Of a stretch of 64,000 nucleotides of DNA, positions 45,227 to 55,952 are shown piece after piece. Location: NCBI GenBank assembly GCA_902609415.1, contig CACLRR010000004.1, positions 20,643-84,642 on the forward strand, read 5' to 3'. This DNA is from an uncultured Chlamydiae bacterium (lineage in GTDB: Bacteria; Chlamydiota; Chlamydiia; Chlamydiales; CACLRR01). The number at the start of each line of letters is the position of its first letter. Within the stretch, counting starts at the first letter, position 1. The translations under genes were made by a program, and so were the position numbers. The notes beneath the pieces were generated by a model. The model had not been told where the DNA came from. It ran no database searches and was given only the letters and a program-made list of their open reading frames with translations.

Positions 45227-47585
45227 ATTAAAAATCAAAAATACACAACTTGCAGCTGTCCTCAAAAAAAAACAGCCAGAGACTAAAAATAAAAACTTAG
45301 AGCCTGAAAAAGACACTAAGAAACGTGTTCGCTCTAAAATACTAAAGCCAATTACTCCAGATTCACTAGAGTCTAAATCTCAAGAGAACAAAGAAGAAAA
45401 AGAGATTCCATCTACAAAAATAGCTAAGAATGAATCTCCTATGGTTGAAGAAAAAAAACCAGTCACGAACGCAGAAAATGTAGCTCCTAAAGAAAAAAAA
45501 GTAATTAAAGAAGACAAAGAACAACAACCAGCAGCAGAACCTAAGAAGGAAAAGACCAAAGAAGTTATTAGTGACCCAAAACACAAAAGGTCAACACCCT
45601 CCTCTCCTGATAACTCCACTGGTTCTAATCAAAAAGATAAAAATAGTAAAAATCCAAAAGAGATCTCAAGAAGACAGGCATTCAAAAAAGTCTTTGATGG
45701 AAGAGACAAGCATGGATTAAGAACTACAGATGATGGAACATGGAAAAGATCTCGAGGAAGAAGACGGGTTAAAAAGAAACAGGTAGATCCTTCAACCTAT
45801 ATTAGACCTAAAGAAATCACAATTAGAGCTCCTATCCTTTGCAAGGATCTAGCAAATGAAATGAAAATCAAATCATCAGAAATTATTCAGAAATTATTTC
45901 TTCAAGGTTTGCCAATCACTATTAATGATGTTATTGAGGATGAAACTATTATAGAACTTATTGGCAATGAATTTAGTTGCAAAATTAACATCGATAAAAG
46001 TGAATCTGAAAGACTCAATATCACAGATTACTCCATAGCTGAAGAAATCAGTAAGTCTGAAGAGAAACAACTTAAAGCAAGACCTCCAGTTATTACTGTG
46101 ATGGGTCATGTAGATCATGGTAAAACCTCTATTATCGATGCTCTAAGAAAGAGTAATCTTGCTGACAAAGAAGCCGGCTCTATAACTCAACATATCGGAG
46201 CCTTTACATGTGACACAAAAAGTGGTCCCATTACAATTCTAGATACACCAGGTCACGAAGCATTTACAGCAATACGTGAAAGAGGTGCTGCTGTCACAGA
46301 CATCGTAGTGCTTGTTATTGCAGGAGATGAGGGAATTAAGCCGCAGACAATTGAAGCTATAGAACAAGCAAGGGAAGCTAATGTCCCTCTTATTGTAGCT
46401 ATTAACAAGTCAGATAAGCCTAATTATGATCCCGACAATATATACAGGCAGCTAGCAGATCATTCCTTACTTCCAGAGGCTTGGGGCGGAGATATTATTA
46501 CAGTGAATTGCTCTGCTAAAACAGGAGATGGTCTAGAAGATCTTGTTGAAATGCTAGCTCTACAGTCTGAAATACTTGAGCTAAAAGCATCATCAGAATC
46601 AAGAGCTAGGGGTACCGTATTAGAGTCACATGCTGAAAAAGGTCTTGGAACAGTTGCTACAGTTATTGTCCAAAACGGTACGCTTAGAATAAATGACCCT
46701 ATTGTGCTTGGGGAAGAAAGCGGCAAGGTTAAAACAATGCAAAATGAACATATGACTTTTTTAAATGAAGCCCTTCCTTCATCAGCTGTTCGTATTACTG
46801 GACTGTCTGGAGTCATTACGCCAGGAATAGAATTTATTGTTGTTAAATCAGAAAAAGAAGCTAGAAAGATTGTTCAAGACAGGCGTTCTAGAGATATACG
46901 CTTTAAACAAAGAACATATGCTGCACATGATACAGAAAAAATGCTCTCCGATCAACTTACAACTATGTCGCAAAAGACTCTCAATATTATTATTAAAGCA
47001 GATACAGCAAGTTCAATTGAAGCTATCATCTCTTCTATAAAGAAAATTAAAACTGAAAAGGTCAAAGTACGCTTTATATCTACAAGTGTAGGTAAAATCA
47101 ATGAAAATGATATCGAGCTTACAAAGACATCATCTGCACTTCTCATCGGGTTTCATACCTCTATTTCGCCTTCTGCTGAGCTGCTTATCGGTAAAGATGA
47201 TGTGAATATCGCATTGCACGAAATCATCTATCACCTAGTGGATGAAGTGAAACTTACCATGAAAAAACTACTTGATCCCTTACCAAGAGAAGATCATCAA
47301 GGAAGCTGCGAAATTCTAGCAACATTTAAATCCTCTCAACTAGGAGTAATTGTTGGTGGAAAGGTGATCGAAGGTACTCTTGAAAAAGATCAGTATGCCA
47401 GAATTTTCCGCAATGAGGAGATGATTTGGGAAGGGAAAATACTCTCCTTAAAACGCGTAAAGGATGATGTCAAAAAAGTTGAAAAAGGTTTTGAGTGCGG
47501 AATGGTACTTTCAAACTTCAAATCAGCAGAGCCAGGTGATATAATTAGAACACATAAAATTGTCTACGAGGAACAAGAGCTATAA
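45210..47585 (+). CDS. infB: translation initiation factor IF-2
   Basis: G-domain [24 protein letters not shown]-terminus [12 protein letters not shown] resembles chlamydial IF-2. TTG start overlaps the nusA end. Confidence 0.93.
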   Translation: MAKNFKLKIKNTQLAAVLKKKQPETKNKNLEPEKDTKKRVRSKILKPITPDSLESKSQENKEEKEIPSTKIAKNESPMVEEKKPVTNAENVAPKEKKVIKEDKEQQPAAEPKKEKTKEVISDPKHKRSTPSSPDNSTGSNQKDKNSKNPKEISRRQAFKKVFDGRDKHGLRTTDDGTWKRSRGRRRVKKKQVDPSTYIRPKEITIRAPILCKDLANEMKIKSSEIIQKLFLQGLPITINDVIEDETIIELIGNEFSCKINIDKSESERLNITDYSIAEEISKSEEKQLKARPPVITVMGHVDHGKTSIIDALRKSNLADKEAGSITQHIGAFTCDTKSGPITILDTPGHEAFTAIRERGAAVTDIVVLVIAGDEGIKPQTIEAIEQAREANVPLIVAINKSDKPNYDPDNIYRQLADHSLLPEAWGGDIITVNCSAKTGDGLEDLVEMLALQSEILELKASSESRARGTVLESHAEKGLGTVATVIVQNGTLRINDPIVLGEESGKVKTMQNEHMTFLNEALPSSAVRITGLSGVITPGIEFIVVKSEKEARKIVQDRRSRDIRFKQRTYAAHDTEKMLSDQLTTMSQKTLNIIIKADTASSIEAIISSIKKIKTEKVKVRFISTSVGKINENDIELTKTSSALLIGFHTSISPSAELLIGKDDVNIALHEIIYHLVDEVKLTMKKLLDPLPREDHQGSCEILATFKSSQLGVIVGGKVIEGTLEKDQYARIFRNEEMIWEGKILSLKRVKDDVKKVEKGFECGMVLSNFKSAEPGDIIRTHKIVYEEQEL

Positions 47586-47586
47586 T

Positions 47587-47949
47587 ATGCACATTAGAAG
47601 AATGCAACGTGTTAATTCACTACTAAAAGAAGTGATTTCTGAAACAATCAGATTTGAGATAAAAGAGCAAAATCTCACTGAACTTCTTACTATTACTGCT
47701 GTTGATACAAGTCGCGATCTCCAAAATGCTAAGGTTTATGTAAGTGTGATTCAATCAGATGAAGAACGAAAGGAAACCATTGAATTACTACAAAATCTCT
47801 CAAAAAAAATCTCCTTTCATGCTTCAAGGAAAGTAAGATTACGACATTTTCCTTCTCTACTTTTTAAGCTTGATACAACTAGTGAAAACTATATAAAGAT
47901 TGATAAGATCTTAAAAGACATCTCAGAAAGTGAAAGAGAGACTACATAA
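47587..47949 (+). CDS. rbfA: ribosome-binding factor A
   Basis: R(M)QRVNSLLKEVISE N-terminus. ATG lies 1 nt after the infB stop (ORF open from 47560). Confidence 0.85.
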   Translation: MHIRRMQRVNSLLKEVISETIRFEIKEQNLTELLTITAVDTSRDLQNAKVYVSVIQSDEERKETIELLQNLSKKISFHASRKVRLRHFPSLLFKLDTTSENYIKIDKILKDISESERETT

Positions 47950-48664
47950 CCTTTGGATAAATACTGTGACTCAAAACACCCCAAATGCAACTTCTGAAGG
48001 GTTTCTTATCATTGACAAACCACAAGGAAAAACCTCTTTTTTCCTTGTCAAACTTCTTAAGGCAATTACTAAGATAAAAAAAATTGGTCATACAGGTACT
48101 CTAGATCCTCTTGCTACTGGTGTTATGGTTCTTCTTCTTGGCTCATCATACACAAGAAGAGCTGATCAATTTAGCGTTTCTATTAAAGAATATGAAGTTG
48201 TCATATGCTTTGGCTACGAATCAAATACTTATGATGCAGATGGTCTACTAAATCCAATTTCAAACAGAGTCCCCTCACAAGAAGAGATTAATAAATCCCT
48301 CATTAATTTTTCTGGAGATATTATTCAAACTGTACCACCCTTCAGCGCAAAAAAAGTTAAGGGTAAGAAGCTCTATGAATATGCTAGAAAAGGTTTGGAC
48401 TCACCAACTGTAACCACTAATGTTAATGTCAGTACTCAGCTTATAGACTACAACTATCCTTATCTTACGCTACGAATTCAATGCTCTAAGGGTACCTATA
48501 TAAGATCCATTGCACATGAACTAGGTAAAAGTCTTGCCATTGGAGGATATGTGCACAAACTTGTCCGTACAAAAAATGGCCCCTACTCCCTTGATGATTG
48601 TATTTCTATAGATACTATTTGTTCAAGCAACTTTAACCTTTCCTACCATCTTAGGCAGGTTTAA
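47930..48664 (+). CDS. truB: tRNA pseudouridine-55 synthase
   Basis: GFLIIDKPQGKTSF and GHTGTLDPLATG (catalytic Asp). Confidence 0.9.
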   Translation: MKERLHNLWINTVTQNTPNATSEGFLIIDKPQGKTSFFLVKLLKAITKIKKIGHTGTLDPLATGVMVLLLGSSYTRRADQFSVSIKEYEVVICFGYESNTYDADGLLNPISNRVPSQEEINKSLINFSGDIIQTVPPFSAKKVKGKKLYEYARKGLDSPTVTTNVNVSTQLIDYNYPYLTLRIQCSKGTYIRSIAHELGKSLAIGGYVHKLVRTKNGPYSLDDCISIDTICSSNFNLSYHLRQV

Positions 48665-49408
48665 TTGACATTTTATCTAGATCTTCCCGACCTCACTCAG
48701 CTTCCTAAACCAATCACACTAGCTATTGGTAATTTCGATGGAGTACATTCAGGGCACCTACATCTTATCGATACTATGAGAGCCCTTTCTACCGAAAAAG
48801 GTTCTGTTGTTATTCTCAGCTTTACAAATAATCCAAGAGAGATCATTGAAATGAAACATGTACCCACGCTATCTTCTGATCTTAATAATAAGGAATCCTT
48901 ATTACACAACCAATCGGTAGATAAAATTATTTTTCATCCCTTCACAAAAAAGATCTCTAATACATCTTACATCGATTTCATTACATTTCTTAGGAGCAAA
49001 ATCCCTTTTAAAAATCTTGTCTTTGGTGAAGGAGAAGCTCTCGGAAAAAACCTAGAAGGAACACCTAAAAAAATGATATTACTTTCAGAGGAATTAGGAT
49101 TTAAGGTGCATTATATTACCAAATTAAAAAATGAAGAGAAGACCATCTCCTCGACTGCTATTCGCTCTCTACTTTTTCAAAGTAGATTTAAAGAAGCAAA
49201 TCTCCTTCTTGGATACAACTATTACATTACTCTCTCAAAATATAGTAGTAGGTTGGATACAGACCTAATTAAACCAGGAAAATACCTTGTTAAATGTAAC
49301 AATCCAGATCAAAAAATTATGACTATTGAAGTCAACTCTGCTGGCATGTTAATTAACACTCAGCTAAAAAAAAATGTAACCCTTGAATTTATAAAGAGAA
49401 TCATATGA
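48665..49408 (+). CDS. ribF: FAD synthetase (RibF-like) with short, degenerate riboflavin-kinase region
   Basis: N-terminal GNFDGVHSGHLHL nucleotidyltransferase motif and ISST.IR. Only 247 aa. I do not see the GxxLGFPTAN-type kinase motif. Confidence 0.7.
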   Translation: MTFYLDLPDLTQLPKPITLAIGNFDGVHSGHLHLIDTMRALSTEKGSVVILSFTNNPREIIEMKHVPTLSSDLNNKESLLHNQSVDKIIFHPFTKKISNTSYIDFITFLRSKIPFKNLVFGEGEALGKNLEGTPKKMILLSEELGFKVHYITKLKNEEKTISSTAIRSLLFQSRFKEANLLLGYNYYITLSKYSSRLDTDLIKPGKYLVKCNNPDQKIMTIEVNSAGMLINTQLKKNVTLEFIKRII

Positions 49409-50505
49409 CATCATCACTTACTGTAGGCTTTGTAGGCCTTCCTAATGTTGGGAAATCCACCCTTTTTAATGCTGTATCTAGACAATCTATTCCTTCTTCA
49501 AACTTTCCCTTCTGCACAATTGAACCAAATACAGGTATTATACAAGTTCCAGATGCAAGACTTGAAGTTCTCTCAAAATTAAGTAATAGCGAAAAACAGA
49601 TTCCTGCAACGATTACCTTTGTTGACATTGCAGGCCTTGTTGCTGGTGCTTCGAAGGGGGAAGGCTTAGGCAATAAATTCTTAGCAAATATTAGAGAGGT
49701 AGATTTAATCATTCAGGTTGTACGCCTCTTTGATGATCCCAACGTTATTCATGTCTCTGGGAAAGTCTCACCTCTTGATGATATACAAGTCATTAACCTA
49801 GAGCTCACTTTAGCAGATCTTCAGATGGCAGAAAATATTAAACTCAAATTAGAAAAACAAAATAAAGCTCAGAAGGATAAATCTGCAGCCTTAGAGGTTC
49901 TAGAAAAAGCATATAATCATCTGGATCTAGGTTTCCCACTTCGCACACTGAACCTTACACCAGAAGAAAAAGAGCTGCTTTTTAGCTATAATTTTATGAC
50001 TACAAAACCGATCATCTATGCCGCTAATGTCTCTGAAGAGATTATCGCCTCAGAAACACAAGATGAACTAAAAGAGCTTAAGGAACATGCACAATCTGAT
50101 GATTCCATCGTCATTCCCATCTCTGCAAAACTAGAAGAAGAACTTCTAGGCCTTGATGAAAAAGAAGCTACCGATTATCTAAATTCTCTAGGAATTAAAG
50201 AGACAGGTATGAATCTTCTTATCAAAGCTGCTTACTCCAAACTTAATCTAATCTCCTTTCTTACTTCAGGTGAAATGGAAACAAGAGCATGGCCAATACC
50301 TAAAGGAATATCTGCCAAAAAAGCTGCAGGAAAAATTCATAGTGATATAGAGCAAGGATTTATTAGAGCAGAAGTGATCTCTTATTCAGACTTTATAACA
50401 TATAAAACAAGACAAAACGCTAAAGAGGCTGGAAGAGCTCGTATGGAAGGTAGAGAATACATTATTCAAGATGGTGATGTCATACTCTTCTTTCACAATA
50501 AATAA
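49405..50505 (+). CDS. ychF: ribosome-binding ATPase YchF
   Basis: GLPNVGKSTLFNA, DIAGLV.GAS.GEGLGN.FL, and a C-terminal TGS-like domain. Confidence 0.93.
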   Translation: MTSSLTVGFVGLPNVGKSTLFNAVSRQSIPSSNFPFCTIEPNTGIIQVPDARLEVLSKLSNSEKQIPATITFVDIAGLVAGASKGEGLGNKFLANIREVDLIIQVVRLFDDPNVIHVSGKVSPLDDIQVINLELTLADLQMAENIKLKLEKQNKAQKDKSAALEVLEKAYNHLDLGFPLRTLNLTPEEKELLFSYNFMTTKPIIYAANVSEEIIASETQDELKELKEHAQSDDSIVIPISAKLEEELLGLDEKEATDYLNSLGIKETGMNLLIKAAYSKLNLISFLTSGEMETRAWPIPKGISAKKAAGKIHSDIEQGFIRAEVISYSDFITYKTRQNAKEAGRARMEGREYIIQDGDVILFFHNK

Positions 50506-50548
50506 CTGATCTATACACTGTATTCTACTTCTTATTACCTAGGTAGCT

Positions 50549-51637
50549 ATGGGAGAAAAGACAGAAAAAGCAACACCAAAAAAACTTCGTGATGCGAGGA
50601 AAAAGGGGCAAGTTGCTAAATCACAGGACTTTCCCTCAGCATTTACTTTCATTGTCTCTATCTCTTCCATACTCTATATGTCAGGAAATTTGTATAATAA
50701 ACTTACAACTTATCTTATCACATTGTTCCATCAAATCCCTAATAGTACGCACGTTGCACAAGGTGCAGGGTCGTTTCTGCAAGCTGCCATTTTTACTATC
50801 TTCTCCTCTTCTATTCCAATTATGGTTTTTGTTTCATTGATCGGTTTACTTGTAAACTTTCTTATTGTAGGGCCCCTCTTTTCTGTTCAAGCAATGAAAC
50901 CTGATATAAAACGTATGAATCCAGTAACAAATATAAAAAACCTCTTCAAATTAAAAACATTTATTGAACTACTCAAATCAATCTTTAAGATTACAGGAGC
51001 CTTCATTCTGATCTATTCAGTGGTTAGGAGCTCTCTACCCGAGATTATTTCTACTTGTGGATTGCCACTAATTGCTTCAACCATGGTCTTCAGCTCATTT
51101 CTTATAAAAGTTGTTCTTAGAGTTGGGATTTTCTTCATCGTCATCGGTATTTTCGATCTTGTCTTCCAAAAAAAGAACTTTGCAAAAGAGATGAAGATGG
51201 AAAAGTTTGAAGTAAAACAGGAATATAAGGATTCTGAAGGTGATCCTCAACAAAAAAGTAAGCGAAAACAAATCGCTCAGGAAATGGCCTACCAGGATGG
51301 TCCAGGAGCGGCAAGACAGGCTAAAGCTGTTATTACCAATCCAACACACATAGCTATTGCCATTGACTATAAACCCGAAGAAGAAGAACCGGCTCCAAAA
51401 ATCCTTACCATGGGCCTAGATTTTATGGCAGAAAAAATCATTAAAGTTGCAGTTGCCAATAATATCCCTATTATGAGAAATATCGAACTTGCTCAAACCC
51501 TATATTATAAGAGCGAGATTGGAGAATATGTCCCTGAAGAGACCTATGAAACCATTGCTGAAATCCTCAAGTGGCTAGCTAAGCTAGATAAAGAAAAAGA
51601 AGAAGAAGAAAAATTAGATATCTTTAATCCTGATTAA
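50549..51637 (+). CDS. sctU: type III secretion export-apparatus switch protein SctU (CdsU)
   Basis: MGEKTEKATPKKLRDARKKGQVAKS N-terminus, 4 TM, and the NPTH autocleavage site (VITNPTHIAIAI). Confidence 0.92.
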   Translation: MGEKTEKATPKKLRDARKKGQVAKSQDFPSAFTFIVSISSILYMSGNLYNKLTTYLITLFHQIPNSTHVAQGAGSFLQAAIFTIFSSSIPIMVFVSLIGLLVNFLIVGPLFSVQAMKPDIKRMNPVTNIKNLFKLKTFIELLKSIFKITGAFILIYSVVRSSLPEIISTCGLPLIASTMVFSSFLIKVVLRVGIFFIVIGIFDLVFQKKNFAKEMKMEKFEVKQEYKDSEGDPQQKSKRKQIAQEMAYQDGPGAARQAKAVITNPTHIAIAIDYKPEEEEPAPKILTMGLDFMAEKIIKVAVANNIPIMRNIELAQTLYYKSEIGEYVPEETYETIAEILKWLAKLDKEKEEEEKLDIFNPD

Positions 51638-52050
51638 TTGAACAGAAATAAATCACACAGAATAAGAAAGTTCTTAAATTTTAGATCTTTCCTTTTCTAT
51701 AACAGCTATTACAGTTTGCAGTAGGCATCTTACTTTCATATTCCATGTCATCCTATTCTTCCTTATAAAACACAGACCACAAGGTTAATTACTTTTAAGG
51801 AAAACTTAGGATTCTATAATAAATTTCTTATATTTTCTGCCATTGGGACAACTATTTTAATTTGCTCTTTCTTTTTACTCGCAAGACCAAAGCCCCTCTA
51901 TAATAAGGCTCTTCCATTAATAACCTCTAGAAAAGAAAGAGCCCTCAAAAAAAGTCTGTTAATTGTCATTTACCCATTATTTTTTTTGTGATATCAGAAA
52001 ATATAGATCAAGGTTATACTGCTACTTGTAAACCCACAATTTATTGAATT

Positions 52051-54180
52051 ATGTCTTCGGCTCTAAATAAAGCAACTAAATACCTCTCTGGAAGCAGTTT
52101 TCTTCGTATGCTTTCAAGCTCGAGTGATATTGTTCTAGCCTTCTTTGTTGTGATCATTATTATGATGATCATTATTCCAGTGCCGACTGAAGTGATTGAT
52201 GCCTTGATTTCAATAAATCTTACAGCTGCAACAACCCTTTTAATGATCTCACTCTATATTTCAAAAGCAGTACAGCTCTCCATCTTCCCCTCTATTCTTC
52301 TTATTACAACCCTCTTTAGACTAGGTATTGAGATCTCTGCTACAAGACAAATCCTTCTTCATGCTAATGCTGGTGAAGTGATTTTTGCTTTCGGTAATTT
52401 TGTTGTCGGTGGGAATTTTGTTGTTGGAGGTGTGATCTTTTTAATCATCACCATTGTGCAGTTTATTGTTGTAACAAAAGGGGCGGAAAGAGTTGCTGAA
52501 GTAGCTGCAAGATTTACTCTCGATGCTATGCCTGGAAAACAAATGAGTATCGATGCTGATATGCGCTCAGGAATTCTCGACGCCACAAAAGCAAGAGAAC
52601 TCCGCCTAGCTCTATCCAAGGAGAGTCAGCTCTATGGAGCAATGGATGGAGCTATGAAATTTGTAAAAGGGGATGTAATTGCTGGAATTGTCATCTTCAT
52701 TATAAATATTGTTGCAGGTCTTATTATCGGTGTCTCGATGCACAATATGTCAGGAATGCAGGCAGCAAGGACATACTCCCTACTATCAATAGGTAGTGGA
52801 CTTGTATCTATACTTCCATCGCTTCTTATCTCCTTAACAGCAGGTATAGTTACAACACGTGTTTCCAGTGATAAAAAGGAAGCAAATCTAGGAAAAGATC
52901 TTACCGAGCAGCTCTTTTCTAACCCTCGCAGTCTGATACTTACATCTTTTGTTGTTTTTCTTCTAGCCCTTATCCCAGGATTCCCAACACTTCTCTTTCT
53001 AGCATTAGCACTCATCCTTGGTGGTTTAGGAATAAATAAACACCTTAAAAATAAGAAAATGGCTTCTTCGGCACTAGCAAGCACAGGAAGTGCCTTAGAA
53101 ACAGGTGTTGATGGGCACACCGTTATTAGAGGTTCGGGTGATGATTATGCCCTCACACTACCTGTAATTTTAGAAGTTGGTTCCTACCTATCTGATCTCA
53201 TCAAAAAGGATAGGGAAGGTGGAAAATTTATTGAAGAGAAGATCCCAAAGATGCGACTTGCACTGTATAATGACTTAGGTGTACGTTTTCCTGGTGTCCA
53301 CGTTCGTACAAATACTCCCCTACTTAAAAAAGTTGACTACTCCATCTATCTAAATGAAGTGCCTCTCATGAAAGGCTCGGTTATTGAAAATCATATCCTT
53401 ACAAATGAGACCTCTGAAACCCTATCTCGCTATAATATCCCCTCTACTGAAACAAAAAATCTAATGAATCAAATCTCTTATTGGGTTCATAAGGATCATA
53501 AACCCATACTGGATAAGGCTGGAATAAAATATTGGGAGATCCTCGATGTCATCATACTTCACCTCTCTTACTTTTATAGACAATATGCCTCTGAATTTCT
53601 AGGAATACAAGAGGTGCGTGCTATTTTAGAATTTGTAGAAAAATCTTTTCCCGATCTAGTCAAGGAAGTCTCAAGACTTGTTCCTCTTCAAAAACTTACA
53701 GATATCTTTAAACGACTTGTTCAAGAGCAAGTCTCTATCAAAGATCTACGCACCATTTTGGAGTCCTTAAGTGAATTCTCACAAACAGAAAAAGATACTG
53801 TAGCCCTTACCGAATATATCCGTTCTGCCCTAAATCGTTATATTAGCTATAAATATTCTCAGGGCCAATCTATCCTGTCTGTCTATATGCTTGATACAGA
53901 AATTGAAGATATTGTTAGAGGAGCTATTAAACAAACGTCTGCAGGCTCATATCTAGCTCTCGATCCTGACTCTGTACAAGTTATAATCCAAGCATTAAAG
54001 AGCATTATAAAACCAACCCCCCAAGGAGGACAGCCACCTATCATTCTTACAGCTATTGATGTACGAAGATTTGTAAGAAAATTAATTGAATCTGAATTTC
54101 CTGATATTCCTGTAATTTCATCACAAGAAGTGGTCCCTGAAATAAGAGTCCAACCATTAGGTCGAATACGCCTTCCCTGA
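52051..54180 (+). CDS. sctV: type III secretion export-gate protein SctV (CdsV/LcrD)
   Basis: FHIPEP-family motifs (FPSILLITTLFRL, GAERVAEVAARFTLDAMPGKQMSIDAD). 709 aa. Confidence 0.93.
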   Translation: MSSALNKATKYLSGSSFLRMLSSSSDIVLAFFVVIIIMMIIIPVPTEVIDALISINLTAATTLLMISLYISKAVQLSIFPSILLITTLFRLGIEISATRQILLHANAGEVIFAFGNFVVGGNFVVGGVIFLIITIVQFIVVTKGAERVAEVAARFTLDAMPGKQMSIDADMRSGILDATKARELRLALSKESQLYGAMDGAMKFVKGDVIAGIVIFIINIVAGLIIGVSMHNMSGMQAARTYSLLSIGSGLVSILPSLLISLTAGIVTTRVSSDKKEANLGKDLTEQLFSNPRSLILTSFVVFLLALIPGFPTLLFLALALILGGLGINKHLKNKKMASSALASTGSALETGVDGHTVIRGSGDDYALTLPVILEVGSYLSDLIKKDREGGKFIEEKIPKMRLALYNDLGVRFPGVHVRTNTPLLKKVDYSIYLNEVPLMKGSVIENHILTNETSETLSRYNIPSTETKNLMNQISYWVHKDHKPILDKAGIKYWEILDVIILHLSYFYRQYASEFLGIQEVRAILEFVEKSFPDLVKEVSRLVPLQKLTDIFKRLVQEQVSIKDLRTILESLSEFSQTEKDTVALTEYIRSALNRYISYKYSQGQSILSVYMLDTEIEDIVRGAIKQTSAGSYLALDPDSVQVIIQALKSIIKPTPQGGQPPIILTAIDVRRFVRKLIESEFPDIPVISSQEVVPEIRVQPLGRIRLP

Positions 54181-54241
54181 TTAATCAATAGACTTTTAGA
54201 TCTAAATATGATCATTTTAAATAAAAGATAGATAAATAACT

Positions 54242-55477
54242 ATGCCTTCTGACGATATTATACAAGGGATAACCCCCTCACAGAAAAGCGCTAAGGCGCA
54301 ACAAATGCAAGAGATGCAACGCAGTGAAAGACAACTTGCTGCAAGAAGATCAGAAGCTAGATCTGCAATGAGTGAAAGAACAGAAGAAGCTGCCTTTAAT
54401 CCACTTAAGATATCAAAAGACTTTCGCTCTCTAGATCAAAGAATGCGTGCAAGAGAACGTGCTGATGGCAAAAAATCAGAATTTGAGGATACTGAAGTTA
54501 AAATTGTCGATGCTACTTCTGAAGCCGCAAGCGAATTTGAAAACCAAAATCCAGAATTAAAGCGAGATAACCTACTTAAACTAAAAGTCTTTATCTATGA
54601 TAGCGATTCAGCTCAAGAAATCCTCGACAAAATCATGAAGGCATATCCAGATGAATTTCTTGCTGATGAAACCCTTAATTTTCTTCTGCAAACTACTGAT
54701 CCTAAAGATAAACTGTACAAAACTCTACTTGAAGCAAAAAAGCTGCTTAATGACAAATATGAAAGAGAAATTAAGGCTGGAAGGAATATCAATACAGAGG
54801 CTAGGGAGTTTTCAAAAAGAGGCCTGGGTTCACCAAAAGCACTTAGAGACCTCTATAGAGACGTTACTGGAAACCCTAGAGATGCAAGAACACTCTTCGA
54901 TGAACTGAAAAATCAATTTAATTTTGATAAAATGAAAAATGTACTCCAATTCTTCCTACACTCTCTAGGTAAGGATCTCAAATCAAAAGGCCCCTCAATT
55001 TCTATGGCAGAACTTCAACTTCTCTTTTCTGAAACAAGAACGATGCAAGCAATTCTTGGTGTTTTTAAGTTCTTTATGGCACGCATGCAACAAATTGAAG
55101 GACAATTTTCTCGAGGTGGCCTAGTTCTCCCTCCCCAAATAAATTTTGAAACAGTTGCACAAGCTTTTGTCTCCTTTGTAACAATGCGTTACCCTTCTCC
55201 TGATAAGGTCTTCTCACTTGCTGGAAAACTAGGTATTTCTGAAGAGCTCCTCGCACAAATTATTATCTTCACACAATTTCGTGACGGCATGCGCAATGTA
55301 TCACCTCGCTTCTTTCTATCAGAAAAACATCGTCAAGACCTTCTTCTTGTACTACTTGATGCTATTAGTGAATTAGATGAAATTCTAGAAGAAGAGGAAG
55401 AAGAGGAAGAAGAGGATGAAGAGGATGAAGAAGCTCCCCGCTCTACAGGATGGAATACAAAAGATACAATGGAGTAA
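54242..55477 (+). CDS. sctW: T3SS gatekeeper, CopN/SctW-like
   Basis: Sits directly after sctV as in Chlamydia. About 400 aa helical protein, no signal peptide, acidic tail. Assigned mainly by synteny. Confidence 0.6.
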   Translation: MPSDDIIQGITPSQKSAKAQQMQEMQRSERQLAARRSEARSAMSERTEEAAFNPLKISKDFRSLDQRMRARERADGKKSEFEDTEVKIVDATSEAASEFENQNPELKRDNLLKLKVFIYDSDSAQEILDKIMKAYPDEFLADETLNFLLQTTDPKDKLYKTLLEAKKLLNDKYEREIKAGRNINTEAREFSKRGLGSPKALRDLYRDVTGNPRDARTLFDELKNQFNFDKMKNVLQFFLHSLGKDLKSKGPSISMAELQLLFSETRTMQAILGVFKFFMARMQQIEGQFSRGGLVLPPQINFETVAQAFVSFVTMRYPSPDKVFSLAGKLGISEELLAQIIIFTQFRDGMRNVSPRFFLSEKHRQDLLLVLLDAISELDEILEEEEEEEEEDEEDEEAPRSTGWNTKDTME

Positions 55478-55480
55478 CAC

Positions 55481-55951
55481 ATGATCTCATATCACGATCT
55501 TATTCATCATCTTGGCGAGCTCCTCGATGAATCACTTTTTCCAAATAGTGAGAATGTCGTAAGATTCATGATAAATAACGAAATCAATTTTCAACTTGAA
55601 ACCGATATTACTCAGGAAAATCTCCTAATTACCGCAGAGATTTTCGAATTACCTCCAGGATCATTTAGAGATGATGTGCTCATGAATGTCATTAAAGCAA
55701 ATCACAACATACAAAACTTCCAATCAAACCTTGCATGGATATCTAGAGATAGCCTACTTGTGGTTTTCCTATATATTCCTCTTTATAATTCCACAGTTGA
55801 AAAGCTCTATACCATCATTGAAGAAACCTTTAAGAGAGCAAAAGACTGGAGAGATGCACTTAATAACACACGCACTGCCCCAGACTCAGAACTCACGCAA
55901 AAACAAGTAGAACGAACTCCCTCTCTTTTTAATTTTAAGCCCCCAACCTAA
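55481..55951 (+). CDS. class I (CesT/SycE-like) T3SS chaperone
   Basis: 156 aa, acidic. Lies between copN and malQ as scc1 does in Chlamydia. Chaperone-like N-terminal pattern. Confidence 0.55.
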   Translation: MISYHDLIHHLGELLDESLFPNSENVVRFMINNEINFQLETDITQENLLITAEIFELPPGSFRDDVLMNVIKANHNIQNFQSNLAWISRDSLLVVFLYIPLYNSTVEKLYTIIEETFKRAKDWRDALNNTRTAPDSELTQKQVERTPSLFNFKPPT

Positions 55952-55952
55952 T

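Noticed and set aside
45210-45900. Lys/Glu-rich low-complexity stretch with antisense ORFs 45366..45619. Also the poly-Glu (GAA/GAG) run at 55381-55440 in the CopN-like gene.
   Set aside because: These are the ordinary variable N-terminal region of IF-2 and an acidic tail. They are compositional, not separate genes or functional DNA repeats.
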